DNA of 55,698 bases from Patescibacteria group bacterium. GTDB taxonomy: Bacteria > Patescibacteriota > Minisyncoccia > Phycocordibacterales > Phycocordibacteraceae. Below, piece after piece: positions 1-9,163 of the stretch (positions within the stretch are counted from its first letter, which is position 1; every line of letters begins with the position of its first letter). Made by a program: the position numbers and the translations under genes. Below the pieces are notes generated by a model, which saw only the letters and a program-made list of their open reading frames with translations, was not told the origin of the DNA and made no database searches. The DNA lies in assembly GCA_038057055.1 (NCBI GenBank), contig JBBUDY010000017.1:1-55698 (forward strand). The letters are read 5' to 3'.

Positions 1-154
1 GCACTGAGCCCTTGCATCACGTCATACCCCGTCCGCTTGCGGCGGGGTTGTTGATAAATCCTTTTCCTTTTCTCCAAAAAAGCCCTTTCAAATTCTATGC
101 GAGCGGCGCGTCTCGCGCCGCGAGCTGACTTCCCCAAACTTGCATTTTCCCAAC

Positions 155-247
155 TGGCGGATGGGGAGGGATTCGAACCCTCGATACGATTTTACTCGTA
201 TAGCGAGTTAGCAACCCGCCGCACTAAGCCATCTATGCGACCCATCC
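155..247 (-). tRNA. tRNA-Ser (anticodon GCU), class II with long variable arm, CCA encoded
   Basis: The reverse complement folds as a cloverleaf. Acceptor GGATGGG/CCCATCC; 3-bp D stem; anticodon stem GCGGG/CTCGC with loop TTGCTAA (anticodon GCT). 6-bp variable-arm stem; T arm GAGGG-TTCGAAT-CCCTC; discriminator G plus CCA. Confidence 0.88.
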
Positions 248-269
248 GTATTGCGCCACAATATCAAAT

Positions 270-890
270 TTAATGCGCGAGAGCGAGCGGAATGATGTGT
301 TCGGCGCCGGCGGAGGTGAGTGCATCAATGGCGGCTTGGAGCGTCGCGCCGGTAGTGATGACGTCGTCGATAACGATATAGGTGCGCGTGGGGTCGGCGT
401 GGTGCGCGGCGCCGAAGGCGCCGCGCATGTTCTCCACACGTTCTCGACGGGGAAGCGAGACTTGCGAGACGGTTTCTCGCGTGCGAAGCAGAAGCGTCGT
501 GTCAACAGTAATGTCGAGTTCTTTTACTGCTCTTTTCACAATTTCCTCCACCTGATTAAATCCGCGCCCTTCCCGACGTTCTTTCCCGAGCGGTATTGGG
601 GTGAGCAATACAAGGTTCCACCTTGTATTGCTCACGTCATCGGCGTCACGGAGATATTCGGCGAGTGCGTGAGCGAGAAGCGTAAAGGCATGTGCACTCC
701 CGTGATACTTCGCTTCATGTATCGCCGCGCGGACGCTTGGCGTCGAGAAGGGAAGGAGTCCAATCGTTTCTGGGTGAGTGTCAGATATGAGACGCGGAGC
801 AACGAGAGCGAGGAAAGTATCAGTCGGGACATCTCGTAGGAGCGCTTCATCCACACGTGGCGGGAAAAGGAAATCAAAAAAGCGTCTCAT
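270..890 (-). CDS. comFC: ComF family phosphoribosyltransferase-domain protein (competence protein ComFC-like)
   Basis: C-terminal PRTase motif IVIDDVITTGATL. N-terminus FFDFLFPPRV is typical of ComF. Start moved to the internal Met (MRRFFDF) because the longer ORF runs antisense into pilM. Confidence 0.8.
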   Translation of the reverse strand: MRRFFDFLFPPRVDEALLRDVPTDTFLALVAPRLISDTHPETIGLLPFSTPSVRAAIHEAKYHGSAHAFTLLAHALAEYLRDADDVSNTRWNLVLLTPIPLGKERREGRGFNQVEEIVKRAVKELDITVDTTLLLRTRETVSQVSLPRRERVENMRGAFGAAHHADPTRTYIVIDDVITTGATLQAAIDALTSAGAEHIIPLALAH

Positions 891-892
891 GG

Positions 893-898
893 TATTAT
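893..898 (+). promoter_or_regulatory. -10-like box TATTAT, 6 nt upstream of the pilM ATG (leaderless-type promoter candidate)
   Basis: Hexamer read directly in the sequence. The same geometry recurs at many genes in this window. Confidence 0.35.
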
Positions 899-904
899 TG
901 TCGC

Positions 905-2002
905 ATGGCGTTCCTCTCAGATTTATTTGCGAAGAAGGAGAAAAGTGTACTGGGAGTCGATATAGGCTCCTCGTCATTGAAAGTCGTACAGCTACGCAAG
1001 GAACATGGACAAGCAGTGCTCGAGACGTATGGCGAGCTTGCGCTCGGCCCCTACGGCGGCTCTGAAGTCGGCCAAGCGACAAATCTCTCCGCTGAGCAGG
1101 TGACCGAGACGCTTAAAGACCTATTGCGAGAAGCAAAAGTGACAACAAAGATGTGCGGTGTCTCGATACCGTTTGCGCGCTCTCTCTTGACGCTTGTGAC
1201 GTTGCCGTACCGGAAAGATTCTGCAGAGCAAAAAACGGTTATTGAACTCGAGGCACGGAAATTTATTCCGGTACCGATAAGTGAAGTGCAGTTGGACTGG
1301 TTCGTGGTACCTCAGGCAGATCCGACACAGTCTACCGAGGACGATCCCCACGCTATCTCTGCTGCTCATGAGACGATTGAGGTGTTGGTGGTAGCGGTCC
1401 ACAATGATGAACTCTCTTTACTTCAGAGTGTCATTGCGGGCGCGGAACTTGAAGCGAGCTTTTATGAACTTGAGATTTTTAGCACCATCCGTGCAGTAGT
1501 CGAGGAACAGGTACGACCAGTGATGGTACTTGATGTCGGTGCGGCCTCGACAAAGACCTATATTATTGAATACGGTGTTGTGGTGCTCTCACATGCCCTC
1601 AGTGTCGGGAGCCAGGACATTACGCGTGCCATCTCTGTCTCAAATAATGTTTCTATTGCTCGGGCTGAAGCGATGAAAAAAGAGAAAGGCTTTAGTGATG
1701 CGGGTACGCATGGAGGGATAGAACTTGTTTTTTCGCGCATTTTTTCAGAGGCACGCCGCGTTCTTACGCAGTATGAAACGGCGCATAAAAAATCAATCAC
1801 CTCCATCATCCTTACCGGCGGCGGTGGGGTTACCAAGGAATTGGCTGCGTATGCAAAGAATACGTTCTCGATTGACGTGCGGGTCGCAGATCCGTTCAAA
1901 AAGGCTGAGGCGCCTGCTTTCATGCGTCCGATTCTTGAACAAATCGGTCCGGAATTTGCTGTTGCCGTCGGTCTCGCTCTGCGCAAACTCGAAGAAATTT
2001 AA
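905..2002 (+). CDS. pilM: Type IV pilus assembly protein PilM (actin-like ATPase fold)
   Basis: N-terminal VLGVDIGSSSLKVVQL motif and a later ILTGGG motif. It is the first gene of the pilus operon. Start set at MAFLSDLF. Confidence 0.8.
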   Translation: MAFLSDLFAKKEKSVLGVDIGSSSLKVVQLRKEHGQAVLETYGELALGPYGGSEVGQATNLSAEQVTETLKDLLREAKVTTKMCGVSIPFARSLLTLVTLPYRKDSAEQKTVIELEARKFIPVPISEVQLDWFVVPQADPTQSTEDDPHAISAAHETIEVLVVAVHNDELSLLQSVIAGAELEASFYELEIFSTIRAVVEEQVRPVMVLDVGAASTKTYIIEYGVVVLSHALSVGSQDITRAISVSNNVSIARAEAMKKEKGFSDAGTHGGIELVFSRIFSEARRVLTQYETAHKKSITSIILTGGGGVTKELAAYAKNTFSIDVRVADPFKKAEAPAFMRPILEQIGPEFAVAVGLALRKLEEI

Positions 2003-2050
2003 AGCGAATGTTTTACACAGATGTCTCGCATAATACTCGGGTGAGTAGCG

Positions 2051-2056
2051 TATACT
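2051..2056 (+). promoter_or_regulatory. -10 box TATACT, 8 nt upstream of the ATG at 2065
   Basis: Read directly in the sequence. Confidence 0.35.
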
Positions 2057-2064
2057 GAAAGGAA

Positions 2065-2643
2065 ATGGCTCTTCCTCCCACCATCCCGACCTCGTTTGTT
2101 CCCCGATCGGTATCTGTTGCCGCGCACCAGTTCCGTGCTAATCGCTCCAATACGTTCGGTTTTTTTTCATATGTAATCCTCGGCATTGTCTTTGTGCTCG
2201 CGCTCGGTGTTTTTTTCTACGGTCGAATCCTTGATGGAAAAAAAGTCGCACGAGATGCGGAACTCGCGCATGCACAGAAAGCGATTGATGTTGCGACCAT
2301 CGAGGGTTTTGTACAGTTGCGTGATCGTCTTAACTCAGGCGCAGTCCTCCTTGCAAATCATGTTGCGTTCTCTAATTTCTTTAAGCTGTTGGAGACCTTA
2401 TTGCCAGATTCAGCTCGTTTCTCCTCGATTCACCTTTCAATTAACGACTCGAAGAAAGTGAAGCTTGACGGTTCCGGTGTGGCGAGAGATTTCAATGCAC
2501 TCGCGGCTGTTTCTACTGCATTTGCCAAGGATGGTCATATCAAGGACGCTATTTTCTCGAGTATCGTTGTCAATAAAGACAGCTCGGTATCCTTCACGCT
2601 CTCCGCCACGCTCGACCCCAAGGTCATTGCTTTTTCGCCATGA
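2065..2643 (+). CDS. PilN-like bitopic pilus assembly protein
   Basis: Single N-terminal TM helix (FFSYVILGIVFVLALGVFFYG) followed by a periplasmic domain. It lies between pilM and the pilO-like gene, with a 4-nt overlap to the next gene. Confidence 0.5.
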   Translation: MALPPTIPTSFVPRSVSVAAHQFRANRSNTFGFFSYVILGIVFVLALGVFFYGRILDGKKVARDAELAHAQKAIDVATIEGFVQLRDRLNSGAVLLANHVAFSNFFKLLETLLPDSARFSSIHLSINDSKKVKLDGSGVARDFNALAAVSTAFAKDGHIKDAIFSSIVVNKDSSVSFTLSATLDPKVIAFSP

Positions 2644-3188
2644 ATGAAAACGTCATACCCACGCTCGCGCTCATTGTTGCCGCCGGCGTATTCTTTTTCT
2701 ACGTAAGTCCGACCTGGTCTGGACCGATAGCTTCTACGAAAGCTGCAATTGCTTCTGACGACAAAGCGCTTGCAGCGGCAATCACCTATGCAACTCAGCA
2801 AAACAAGCTCGCAGATGCGAGTAATGCGATTGACCGCGCTGACCTCGACCGGCTTACCATGATGCTCCCAAGTTCTGTTGATAATGTCCGTCTCATTCTC
2901 GACCTCAATGCGCTTGCTGCTCGAAGTGGACTCACACTCTCCAGCATAGATGTCGTGGCAAACAGTACCGTCACAAAATCGAACAATGAGAAAGCATCAG
3001 CATCAAATCCTATGGGCTCGGTCAATCTTACCCTCTCTGCAGTCGGTACGTATACGGCACTGCAGACGTTTTTACAGGGTGTGGAGAGGAGTCAACGCCT
3101 TCTTGATGTCCGTGAGCTTGCGGTAAAAGGCTCGGACACGGGGGTTTATACTTACCAGATGAAAATAATGCTGTATTGGTTGCGTTAA
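2640..3188 (+). CDS. PilO-like pilus assembly protein
   Basis: N-terminal TM helix, then a coiled-coil region and a C-terminal alpha/beta domain. Start overlaps the previous stop (ATGA). Confidence 0.5.
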   Translation: MNENVIPTLALIVAAGVFFFYVSPTWSGPIASTKAAIASDDKALAAAITYATQQNKLADASNAIDRADLDRLTMMLPSSVDNVRLILDLNALAARSGLTLSSIDVVANSTVTKSNNEKASASNPMGSVNLTLSAVGTYTALQTFLQGVERSQRLLDVRELAVKGSDTGVYTYQMKIMLYWLR

Positions 3189-3200
3189 TTTATTTTCACT

Positions 3201-3482
3201 ATGAAATCTAATTCCACTCTCACCATCGCTACCGTTGCCCTCGTTGTTGCGGGTCTCGCCTACTGGTATTTCTTCACGGACACGGGGAATGAACCGCCTC
3301 TTTCGACGAGCACACGGACGAATGTAGCTCAAATGCAATTTGAGACATTGGTTGGTGAGCTCGAACCGATTTCATTCAATACCAGTATATTTTCAGATGC
3401 ACGTTTTAATGCTCTTGCTGATATCACCACAGCTGTTTCTCCTGAATCCTTCGGTCGTGTTGACCCCCTCGCCCCTCTTTAG
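3201..3482 (+). CDS. Small membrane-anchored protein of the pilus operon (function unknown)
   Basis: 93-aa ORF with an N-terminal TM helix (LTIATVALVVAGLAYWYFF). Call is based on operon position only. Confidence 0.4.
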   Translation: MKSNSTLTIATVALVVAGLAYWYFFTDTGNEPPLSTSTRTNVAQMQFETLVGELEPISFNTSIFSDARFNALADITTAVSPESFGRVDPLAPL

Positions 3483-3486
3483 GCGG

Positions 3487-3492
3487 TATAGT
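3487..3492 (+). promoter_or_regulatory. -10 box TATAGT, 5 nt upstream of the pilB ATG
   Basis: Read directly in the sequence. Confidence 0.3.
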
Positions 3493-3497
3493 AAACT

Positions 3498-5267
3498 ATG
3501 AACCTTCTCGGACTACTCGTTGACAAAGGACTCCTCTCAAAGGGCGACCGATTGATTGTTGAGGCTGAACTAGCAGCAAAGAAAGGTTCACTTGCCAGCA
3601 TACTTGCCGCGCGAGGTATTTCACTTGCTCAGGTACTCACGAGTGCGGGGGAGACGTACGGGCTACCAGCCCGGATATTGGGCGATCCTCCTGCAAATAA
3701 AGAAGCATTCGGGTACATTCCTATCGACTCGGCTCGTCACTACGGGTTTGTGCCACTCGATATCGTTGATGGAGCACTCGATATCGGTATCACCGATCCC
3801 GACAACATCGAGGCGTTTGACGCTCTTCAGTTCATCTCAGGGAAAATTGGCATGCCCTATAAGATTACGCTCATCACGCAAGAAGATTTTGATCGGGTAC
3901 TTGATGCCTATCAGGATCTTTCAGGTGAGGTTGAAAAAGCTCTTTCTGAATATGAGATGGTTGCAAAATCCTCTGAAGTTGAGTTTTCACACAATGAGAA
4001 AACACCAGCTCCAGGGGAGAAGTCCGATGCTTCTATCCATAATGAAGCCCTGAAAGAAGATGCTCCCGTTACAAAAATTGTTTCCACGGTATTGCGCTAT
4101 GCCATTGAAGGGCACGCATCCGACATCCACATCGAGCCTTCATCGACTAAGACACGGATTCGTTTTCGTGTGGATGGGGATTTACATACGTCGCTCGAAT
4201 TACCAGAACGAGTACATGCGGCGGTTGTTGCCCGAATCAAAATACTCTCAAAATTACGTCTTGATGAGAAACGGAAGCCACAAGATGGGCGTTTCTCAGC
4301 GATGGTTGAAGGACATAGGATAGATTTCCGTGTTTCCACATTTCCGACCGAGTATGGTGAGAAGGTGGAGATGCGTATTCTGGACCAATCAGGCACAAAG
4401 ACCACTCTAGAATCACTTGGACTCACAAGCGCTCATCTTGAGGATGTTCGTGACATGATGAAGTCTCCGTACGGCATCATACTTATTGCAGGACCGACTG
4501 GTTCAGGAAAATCAACAACACTCTTTGCAATGCTCTCAGAGCTCGACAGTGAGGCGGCGAACATTGTCTCGCTCGAAGACCCGATTGAATACGAGATTCC
4601 CGGTGTGTCGCAAAGTCAGGTGCGAGCAGAGATTGACTATACCTTTGCGAGCGGCCTCCGCTCCATTTTGCGTCAGGACCCCGATGTCATTATGGTTGGT
4701 GAGATTCGTGATAAGGAAACTGCCGTGCTTGCCGTGCAAGCGGCGCTTACCGGTCACCTCGTGTTCTCCACTATTCACACGAATACTGCGGTCGGTGCGA
4801 TACCGCGCCTTATCGATATGGGTGTCGACCCATTCCTTATTGGCCCCACCCTGATTGGAGTTATCGGGCAACGGCTTGTCCGCAAGATGTGCCCAGGCGC
4901 CGGCAAGCCTTTTCCTATACGTGACAGCATCAAAACGCTTATCGAACAGGATTTCGCCGATTTGCCCGACGAGTACCGTGGTGTGTTGCCCCCGTTTAAG
5001 GAGTTTTATCATGCGAGTCCAACTGACGAGTGTCCAACTGGTTTACGAGGTCGTCTTGGCGTGTACGAGATACTTCGTATGGATAAGAAACTTGAACAGG
5101 TGGTATTGAAAGAGCCGGTTGATAGTGCTATCCACGCGGTTGCGCGCTCAAATGGCATGTTGACGATGCGTGAAGACGCGATTCTGAAAGCGCTTCGAGG
5201 TCAGATTCCCTTTGAGGAAATTAACACCCTTGGAGGGGACCTTTTCCCCGGAGACGATATCCCTTGA
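3498..5267 (+). CDS. pilB: Type IV pilus assembly ATPase PilB (GspE family)
   Basis: Walker A GPTGSGKSTT, the GspE signature LRQDPDVIMVGEIRD, and an N-terminal MshEN/GSPII-like domain. Confidence 0.92.
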   Translation: MNLLGLLVDKGLLSKGDRLIVEAELAAKKGSLASILAARGISLAQVLTSAGETYGLPARILGDPPANKEAFGYIPIDSARHYGFVPLDIVDGALDIGITDPDNIEAFDALQFISGKIGMPYKITLITQEDFDRVLDAYQDLSGEVEKALSEYEMVAKSSEVEFSHNEKTPAPGEKSDASIHNEALKEDAPVTKIVSTVLRYAIEGHASDIHIEPSSTKTRIRFRVDGDLHTSLELPERVHAAVVARIKILSKLRLDEKRKPQDGRFSAMVEGHRIDFRVSTFPTEYGEKVEMRILDQSGTKTTLESLGLTSAHLEDVRDMMKSPYGIILIAGPTGSGKSTTLFAMLSELDSEAANIVSLEDPIEYEIPGVSQSQVRAEIDYTFASGLRSILRQDPDVIMVGEIRDKETAVLAVQAALTGHLVFSTIHTNTAVGAIPRLIDMGVDPFLIGPTLIGVIGQRLVRKMCPGAGKPFPIRDSIKTLIEQDFADLPDEYRGVLPPFKEFYHASPTDECPTGLRGRLGVYEILRMDKKLEQVVLKEPVDSAIHAVARSNGMLTMREDAILKALRGQIPFEEINTLGGDLFPGDDIP

Positions 5268-5281
5268 CCTTTCAGATGTAG

Positions 5282-5287
5282 TATACT
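5282..5287 (+). promoter_or_regulatory. -10 box TATACT, 7 nt upstream of the ATG at 5295
   Basis: Read directly in the sequence. Confidence 0.4.
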
Positions 5288-5294
5288 TTTAATA

Positions 5295-5699
5295 ATGGTA
5301 TATCGCGTATATCTTGTTGACGACGACCGGTTTCTCCTTGATCTCTATGCCGTTAAGTTTCGTGCTGCCGGTCATGAGGTAAGTGTCTTTGGAAGTGGAG
5401 AGGAGCTTCTGGCTGCTCTGCGAAAGGCGGATGCAAAGGCACCCAGCGTTATTCTCCTCGACCTTATTATGCCAGGCATCGGTGGGTTCGGAGCACTTGA
5501 AGTAATACGAAAGGAACATCTTGCGCAGGGTTCTAAGATAGTCATTCTCTCAAATCAGGGTCAAGATTCTGATATCGAAAAAGCGAAACAGCTGTCCGCT
5601 GATGGGTACATCATCAAGGCGTCTGCCATCCCGTCTGAAGTGTTTTCAGAAACTATTCGTACGATTGAATCCGGAGCGCCTCCTGCGAAGATGCAGTAA
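5295..5699 (+). CDS. Stand-alone CheY-like response regulator receiver protein
   Basis: Acidic pocket LVDDD, phospho-acceptor context ILLDLIMPG, and a conserved Lys context (YIIKA). No output domain. Confidence 0.85.
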   Translation: MVYRVYLVDDDRFLLDLYAVKFRAAGHEVSVFGSGEELLAALRKADAKAPSVILLDLIMPGIGGFGALEVIRKEHLAQGSKIVILSNQGQDSDIEKAKQLSADGYIIKASAIPSEVFSETIRTIESGAPPAKMQ

Positions 5700-5704
5700 C
5701 TCTC

Positions 5705-6766
5705 ATGACCGTCGACAAACGTCTCGAAGAACTCCTTGACTTCGTCATTACTCAAGGCGGTTCGGATTTGCATCTCTTTGCCGGCGGTTCGCCTATGTTG
5801 CGAGTGAGCGGTGCACTTATTCCTATGAGTAAATACCCGGTACTCTCTGCTTCAGAAACAGAGGCAATGTTTAAGAGCATTGTAGAACCAGAGCGATGGG
5901 ATTCGTTCAAGAATAATCAAACTATCGACCTGTCTTATTCACACAAAGAAGGCGAGCGTTTTCGGGTAAATGGGTATCGCGCACAAGGAGCAACGACTAT
6001 TGCATTTCGACGCATACCTTCTGCGATAAAGACTTTCACCGACTTGAATCTCCCTTCAGTGCTTGACGTATTTACCCAGCGCGAACAAGGTTTCTTCCTT
6101 GTTGTAGGACCAGTAGGGCAGGGGAAGTCGACGACACTCGCGACGATGATTGACCGCATCAACGACTCTCGTGCGGAACATATTCTTACCATCGAGGACC
6201 CGGTCGAGTATCTGTTTACGCCGAAACGCTCGCTCATTCATCAGCGTGAAGTGCATATCGATACTCCCGATTTCCACGCGGCGCTCCAGAGTGCGTTTCG
6301 GGAGGATGTGGATGTCATTATGGTAGGGGAGATGCGCGACTATGAGACCATTTCCTCTGCGGTGACCGCCGCAGAGACCGGTCACCTCGTGTTCTCGACG
6401 CTTCACACCAACAATGCCGCGCAAACGATTGATCGCATCATCGATATGTTCCCGGCTGAGCAACAATCGCAAGTGCGCGTGCAACTTGCAGGGAGTCTCG
6501 CGGGCATCTTCTCGCAAAGACTCATCCCACGCATCTCCGGCGGGCTTATTCCTGCATGCGAGCTTCTTATCAATAACAATGCAGTGGGTACGTTGATACG
6601 CGAGGCACGAACGCATGAAATCGGCACGGTGATTCAGACCTCTTCACAAGAAGGGATGATTGATATGGACCGCTCGCTCGCTGATCTCGTGCGCCGGGGA
6701 GAAGTGACAGTCGAACGTGCATTCGAGTATGCGATGGACCCAAAAACTTTTGAGCATTATCTCTAA
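5705..6766 (+). CDS. pilT: Twitching-motility retraction ATPase PilT
   Basis: Walker A GPVGQGKSTT, FREDVDVIMVGEMRD and TGHLVFSTLHTN motifs. About 350 aa, which fits PilT. Confidence 0.92.
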   Translation: MTVDKRLEELLDFVITQGGSDLHLFAGGSPMLRVSGALIPMSKYPVLSASETEAMFKSIVEPERWDSFKNNQTIDLSYSHKEGERFRVNGYRAQGATTIAFRRIPSAIKTFTDLNLPSVLDVFTQREQGFFLVVGPVGQGKSTTLATMIDRINDSRAEHILTIEDPVEYLFTPKRSLIHQREVHIDTPDFHAALQSAFREDVDVIMVGEMRDYETISSAVTAAETGHLVFSTLHTNNAAQTIDRIIDMFPAEQQSQVRVQLAGSLAGIFSQRLIPRISGGLIPACELLINNNAVGTLIREARTHEIGTVIQTSSQEGMIDMDRSLADLVRRGEVTVERAFEYAMDPKTFEHYL

Positions 6767-6768
6767 CT

Positions 6769-7974
6769 ATGCTTTTCAAGTACCACGCGATTGATCAAGA
6801 TGGACACGAACGCGATGGGACCATCGAGGCCTCCTCGAAAGAGATAGCCGTTTCTGCACTACAACGGCGCAGTTTCATTATATCGGCAATCGAATCGGCG
6901 GAGAAAAATCCATTCTTTAGTCTTGAAATTTCATTTTTCGATCGAGTATCCAACAAAGACGTCGTCATTCTCTCGCGCCAAATAGCAACCCTGTTTGAAG
7001 CACAGGTGTCTGCTCTTCGAGTCTTTAGACTTATCGCCACCGAGGTAGAAAACAAGAAACTTGCGGCTGTGCTCTCTACCGTTGGAGACGATATTCAAGG
7101 CGGGAGTCCCATCAGTTCGGCACTCGGGCGTCACCCCAAGGTCTTCACGACCTTTTATGTCAATATGGTGAGGGCTGGCGAAGAGTCAGGAAAACTCTCA
7201 GAAACATTCAATTATCTTGCTGATTATCTCGATCGTTCCTACGAGCTAGTGAGCAAAGCCGAGAATGCACTTATTTACCCGGTTTTCGTTATTGCGGTCT
7301 TTTTCGCCGTGATGGCGCTTATGCTCACGCTCGTTATACCCAAGATTAGTGCAGTTCTCATCGATTCTGGTCAAGAAATACCGGTCTACACCAAGATTGT
7401 CATCGGCTTCTCAAACTTCCTTGTCAATTATGGGATTTTTGTGCTCATCGCGCTTCTCGCGGGAGGGGTGTATGTGTGGCAACTCGGGAAGACCGAGAAA
7501 GGGAGGCTCATACTCGACAGCGTACGACTTTCAATCCCGTATGTCGGGGGACTCTACAAGAAGCTCTATCTTTCGCGTATCTCGGACAATCTCTCTACGA
7601 TGCTCCTTTCTGGCGTTTCAGTTATCGAGGCGTTTGAAATCACCAGTTCGGTGGTGGGTAATGCCGCGTACGCACGTATACTCCATGAAGTTGGTATAGA
7701 CGTAAAGGGCGGGATGTCTATTTCTGATGCGCTCGACCGGCATGCGGAGATTCCGGGAATTATGGTCGCGATGACGAAAGTGGGTGAGGAGACAGGACAA
7801 CTCGGCAAAATCCTCACCACACTCGCGAAGTTCTATAACCGCGAGGTGACGAATGCCGTGGATACCCTGGTCGGGCTTATAGAGCCGATTATGATTGTGC
7901 TCCTCGGTCTTGGTGTTGGCGTATTGCTTGCCGCTGTTCTGCTCCCAATTTATAACCTTGCCGGCTCTATTTAG
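6769..7974 (+). CDS. pilC: Type IV pilus platform protein PilC (GspF family)
   Basis: Two GspF repeats with three TM segments. About 400 aa. Lies immediately after pilT. Confidence 0.9.
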   Translation: MLFKYHAIDQDGHERDGTIEASSKEIAVSALQRRSFIISAIESAEKNPFFSLEISFFDRVSNKDVVILSRQIATLFEAQVSALRVFRLIATEVENKKLAAVLSTVGDDIQGGSPISSALGRHPKVFTTFYVNMVRAGEESGKLSETFNYLADYLDRSYELVSKAENALIYPVFVIAVFFAVMALMLTLVIPKISAVLIDSGQEIPVYTKIVIGFSNFLVNYGIFVLIALLAGGVYVWQLGKTEKGRLILDSVRLSIPYVGGLYKKLYLSRISDNLSTMLLSGVSVIEAFEITSSVVGNAAYARILHEVGIDVKGGMSISDALDRHAEIPGIMVAMTKVGEETGQLGKILTTLAKFYNREVTNAVDTLVGLIEPIMIVLLGLGVGVLLAAVLLPIYNLAGSI

Positions 7975-8047
7975 ACTATCCACACCCCCTGTTTCTGTGC
8001 AGAGACGTATGGCGTACAATAGAGCCATTAGCCACATACAACATACT

Positions 8048-8566
8048 ATGTACATAAATCGTTCCCGAGGTTTTACGCTTATCGAACTTCTTGTCGTTAT
8101 CGCTATTATTGGCGTTCTCTCGGCAGTGGTGCTCGCTTCTCTGAATACTGCCCGCAATAAGGGTAATGACGCCGCTATTCAGTCTGATATGGCGACTATC
8201 CAAACTCAAGCAGAGATTTACTACGGCGGTGCTGGTGCTAATTCATATGGACCCGCACAAGCTTGGACTGCAGGTACCGCAACGGGAGACCCTCTTGCCG
8301 GCGGTTCTGTTAGTTGCGCCACCGGGATGTTCAGCGACACGACTATAAAAAAGGCTCTTGCCGCCGCTGACCTGGTGAACGGAACTTTTGAAGTAGGTTG
8401 TGCCGCCGTCGCCTCTGGCTCGCTTACGGGGTATGTCGCTGCCGCGCAGCTCACCTCGGGTGGGTGGTGGTGTGTCGACCACACCGGCGTGGGCAAGAAG
8501 GAGACTGGAGCGTGGCCGGGCGCAACAATGCCAGTAGATGGAGGAGGTAGTCCGGCGTGCCCATAG
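8048..8566 (+). CDS. Major type IV pilin paralogue 1 (prepilin-type N-terminal cleavage/methylation domain)
   Basis: Leader MYINRSRG then FTLIELLVVIAIIGVLSAVVLASL. Start set at the short class III leader rather than the longer ORF start. Confidence 0.85.
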   Translation: MYINRSRGFTLIELLVVIAIIGVLSAVVLASLNTARNKGNDAAIQSDMATIQTQAEIYYGGAGANSYGPAQAWTAGTATGDPLAGGSVSCATGMFSDTTIKKALAAADLVNGTFEVGCAAVASGSLTGYVAAAQLTSGGWWCVDHTGVGKKETGAWPGATMPVDGGGSPACP

Positions 8567-8616
8567 TTATTGAAACGTCTTTATTCTAATTCCTTAAACA
8601 ATCTAAACAATCTTGC

Positions 8617-9099
8617 ATGAAATGTAAACAGTACCGAGGTTTTACGCTTATCGAACTTCTTGTCGTCATTGCTATTATCGGTGTCCTCTCGGCAGTGGTG
8701 CTTGCTTCCTTGAATTCTGCCCGCTCGAAAGGCAATGATGCTGGCGTGAAGGCAAATCTCGCTACGGTGAGCACTCAAGCGGCACTCTATCTGTCAGACA
8801 ATAACAACACCTATGGAACAGTATCTAATGGCGTGTGTCCTACAGTAGCCGGAACGGGCAACGTCTTCACCAATATAACTATCGTAAGTGCGATAAGCGC
8901 GGCACTTACTGATGCTGGCGGTAGTAGCACCGCGACCTGCTACGCGGCACCAACTGGCTATGCAGTGGCAGTGTCGCGACCGGCAGATGTTGCAACGACC
9001 ACCTCGACGTATTGGTGCGTCGATAACACGGGTGAACGCTGTGGTGTCAATACGGCCATCACTGGTCCGTCATGCGGCACGTGCATTACGAGACAGTAA
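8617..9099 (+). CDS. Major type IV pilin paralogue 2
   Basis: Leader MKCKQYRG then FTLIELLVVIAIIGVLSAVVLASL. The C-terminal part differs from paralogue 1. Confidence 0.85.
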   Translation: MKCKQYRGFTLIELLVVIAIIGVLSAVVLASLNSARSKGNDAGVKANLATVSTQAALYLSDNNNTYGTVSNGVCPTVAGTGNVFTNITIVSAISAALTDAGGSSTATCYAAPTGYAVAVSRPADVATTTSTYWCVDNTGERCGVNTAITGPSCGTCITRQ

Positions 9100-9112
9100 T
9101 CTTGTAAAGTAA

Positions 9113-9148
9113 GAAACCCGCGTCCGCCAGTTGGCGGACGCGGGTTTC
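9113..9148 (+). terminator. Strong stem-loop after the pilin genes (intrinsic terminator candidate)
   Basis: GAAACCCGCGTCCGCC-AGTT-GGCGGACGCGGGTTTC forms a 16-bp perfect stem. Confidence 0.65.
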
Positions 9149-9163
9149 TGCTATCATGCGTTT

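Noticed and set aside
1-154. Two GC-rich hairpins (27-47 and 103-121) at the left edge. Possible terminators or an sRNA.
   Set aside because: The upstream context is cut off by the window edge. The hairpins are short and the T-tracts are not immediately adjacent. There is not enough evidence to call a feature.
7895-8047. N-terminal extension of the first pilin ORF (223-aa version) overlapping the end of pilC.
   Set aside because: Type IV prepilins have short basic leaders ending in Gly. The Met at 8048 gives MYINRSRG|FTLIE, whereas the longer form would bury the cleavage site 59 aa into the protein.
9131-9163. ORF-track start of the prepilin peptidase (MADAGFCYHAF...).
   Set aside because: These codons are the descending arm of the 16-bp terminator hairpin that follows the pilin gene. 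The ATG at 9164 is the more plausible start.
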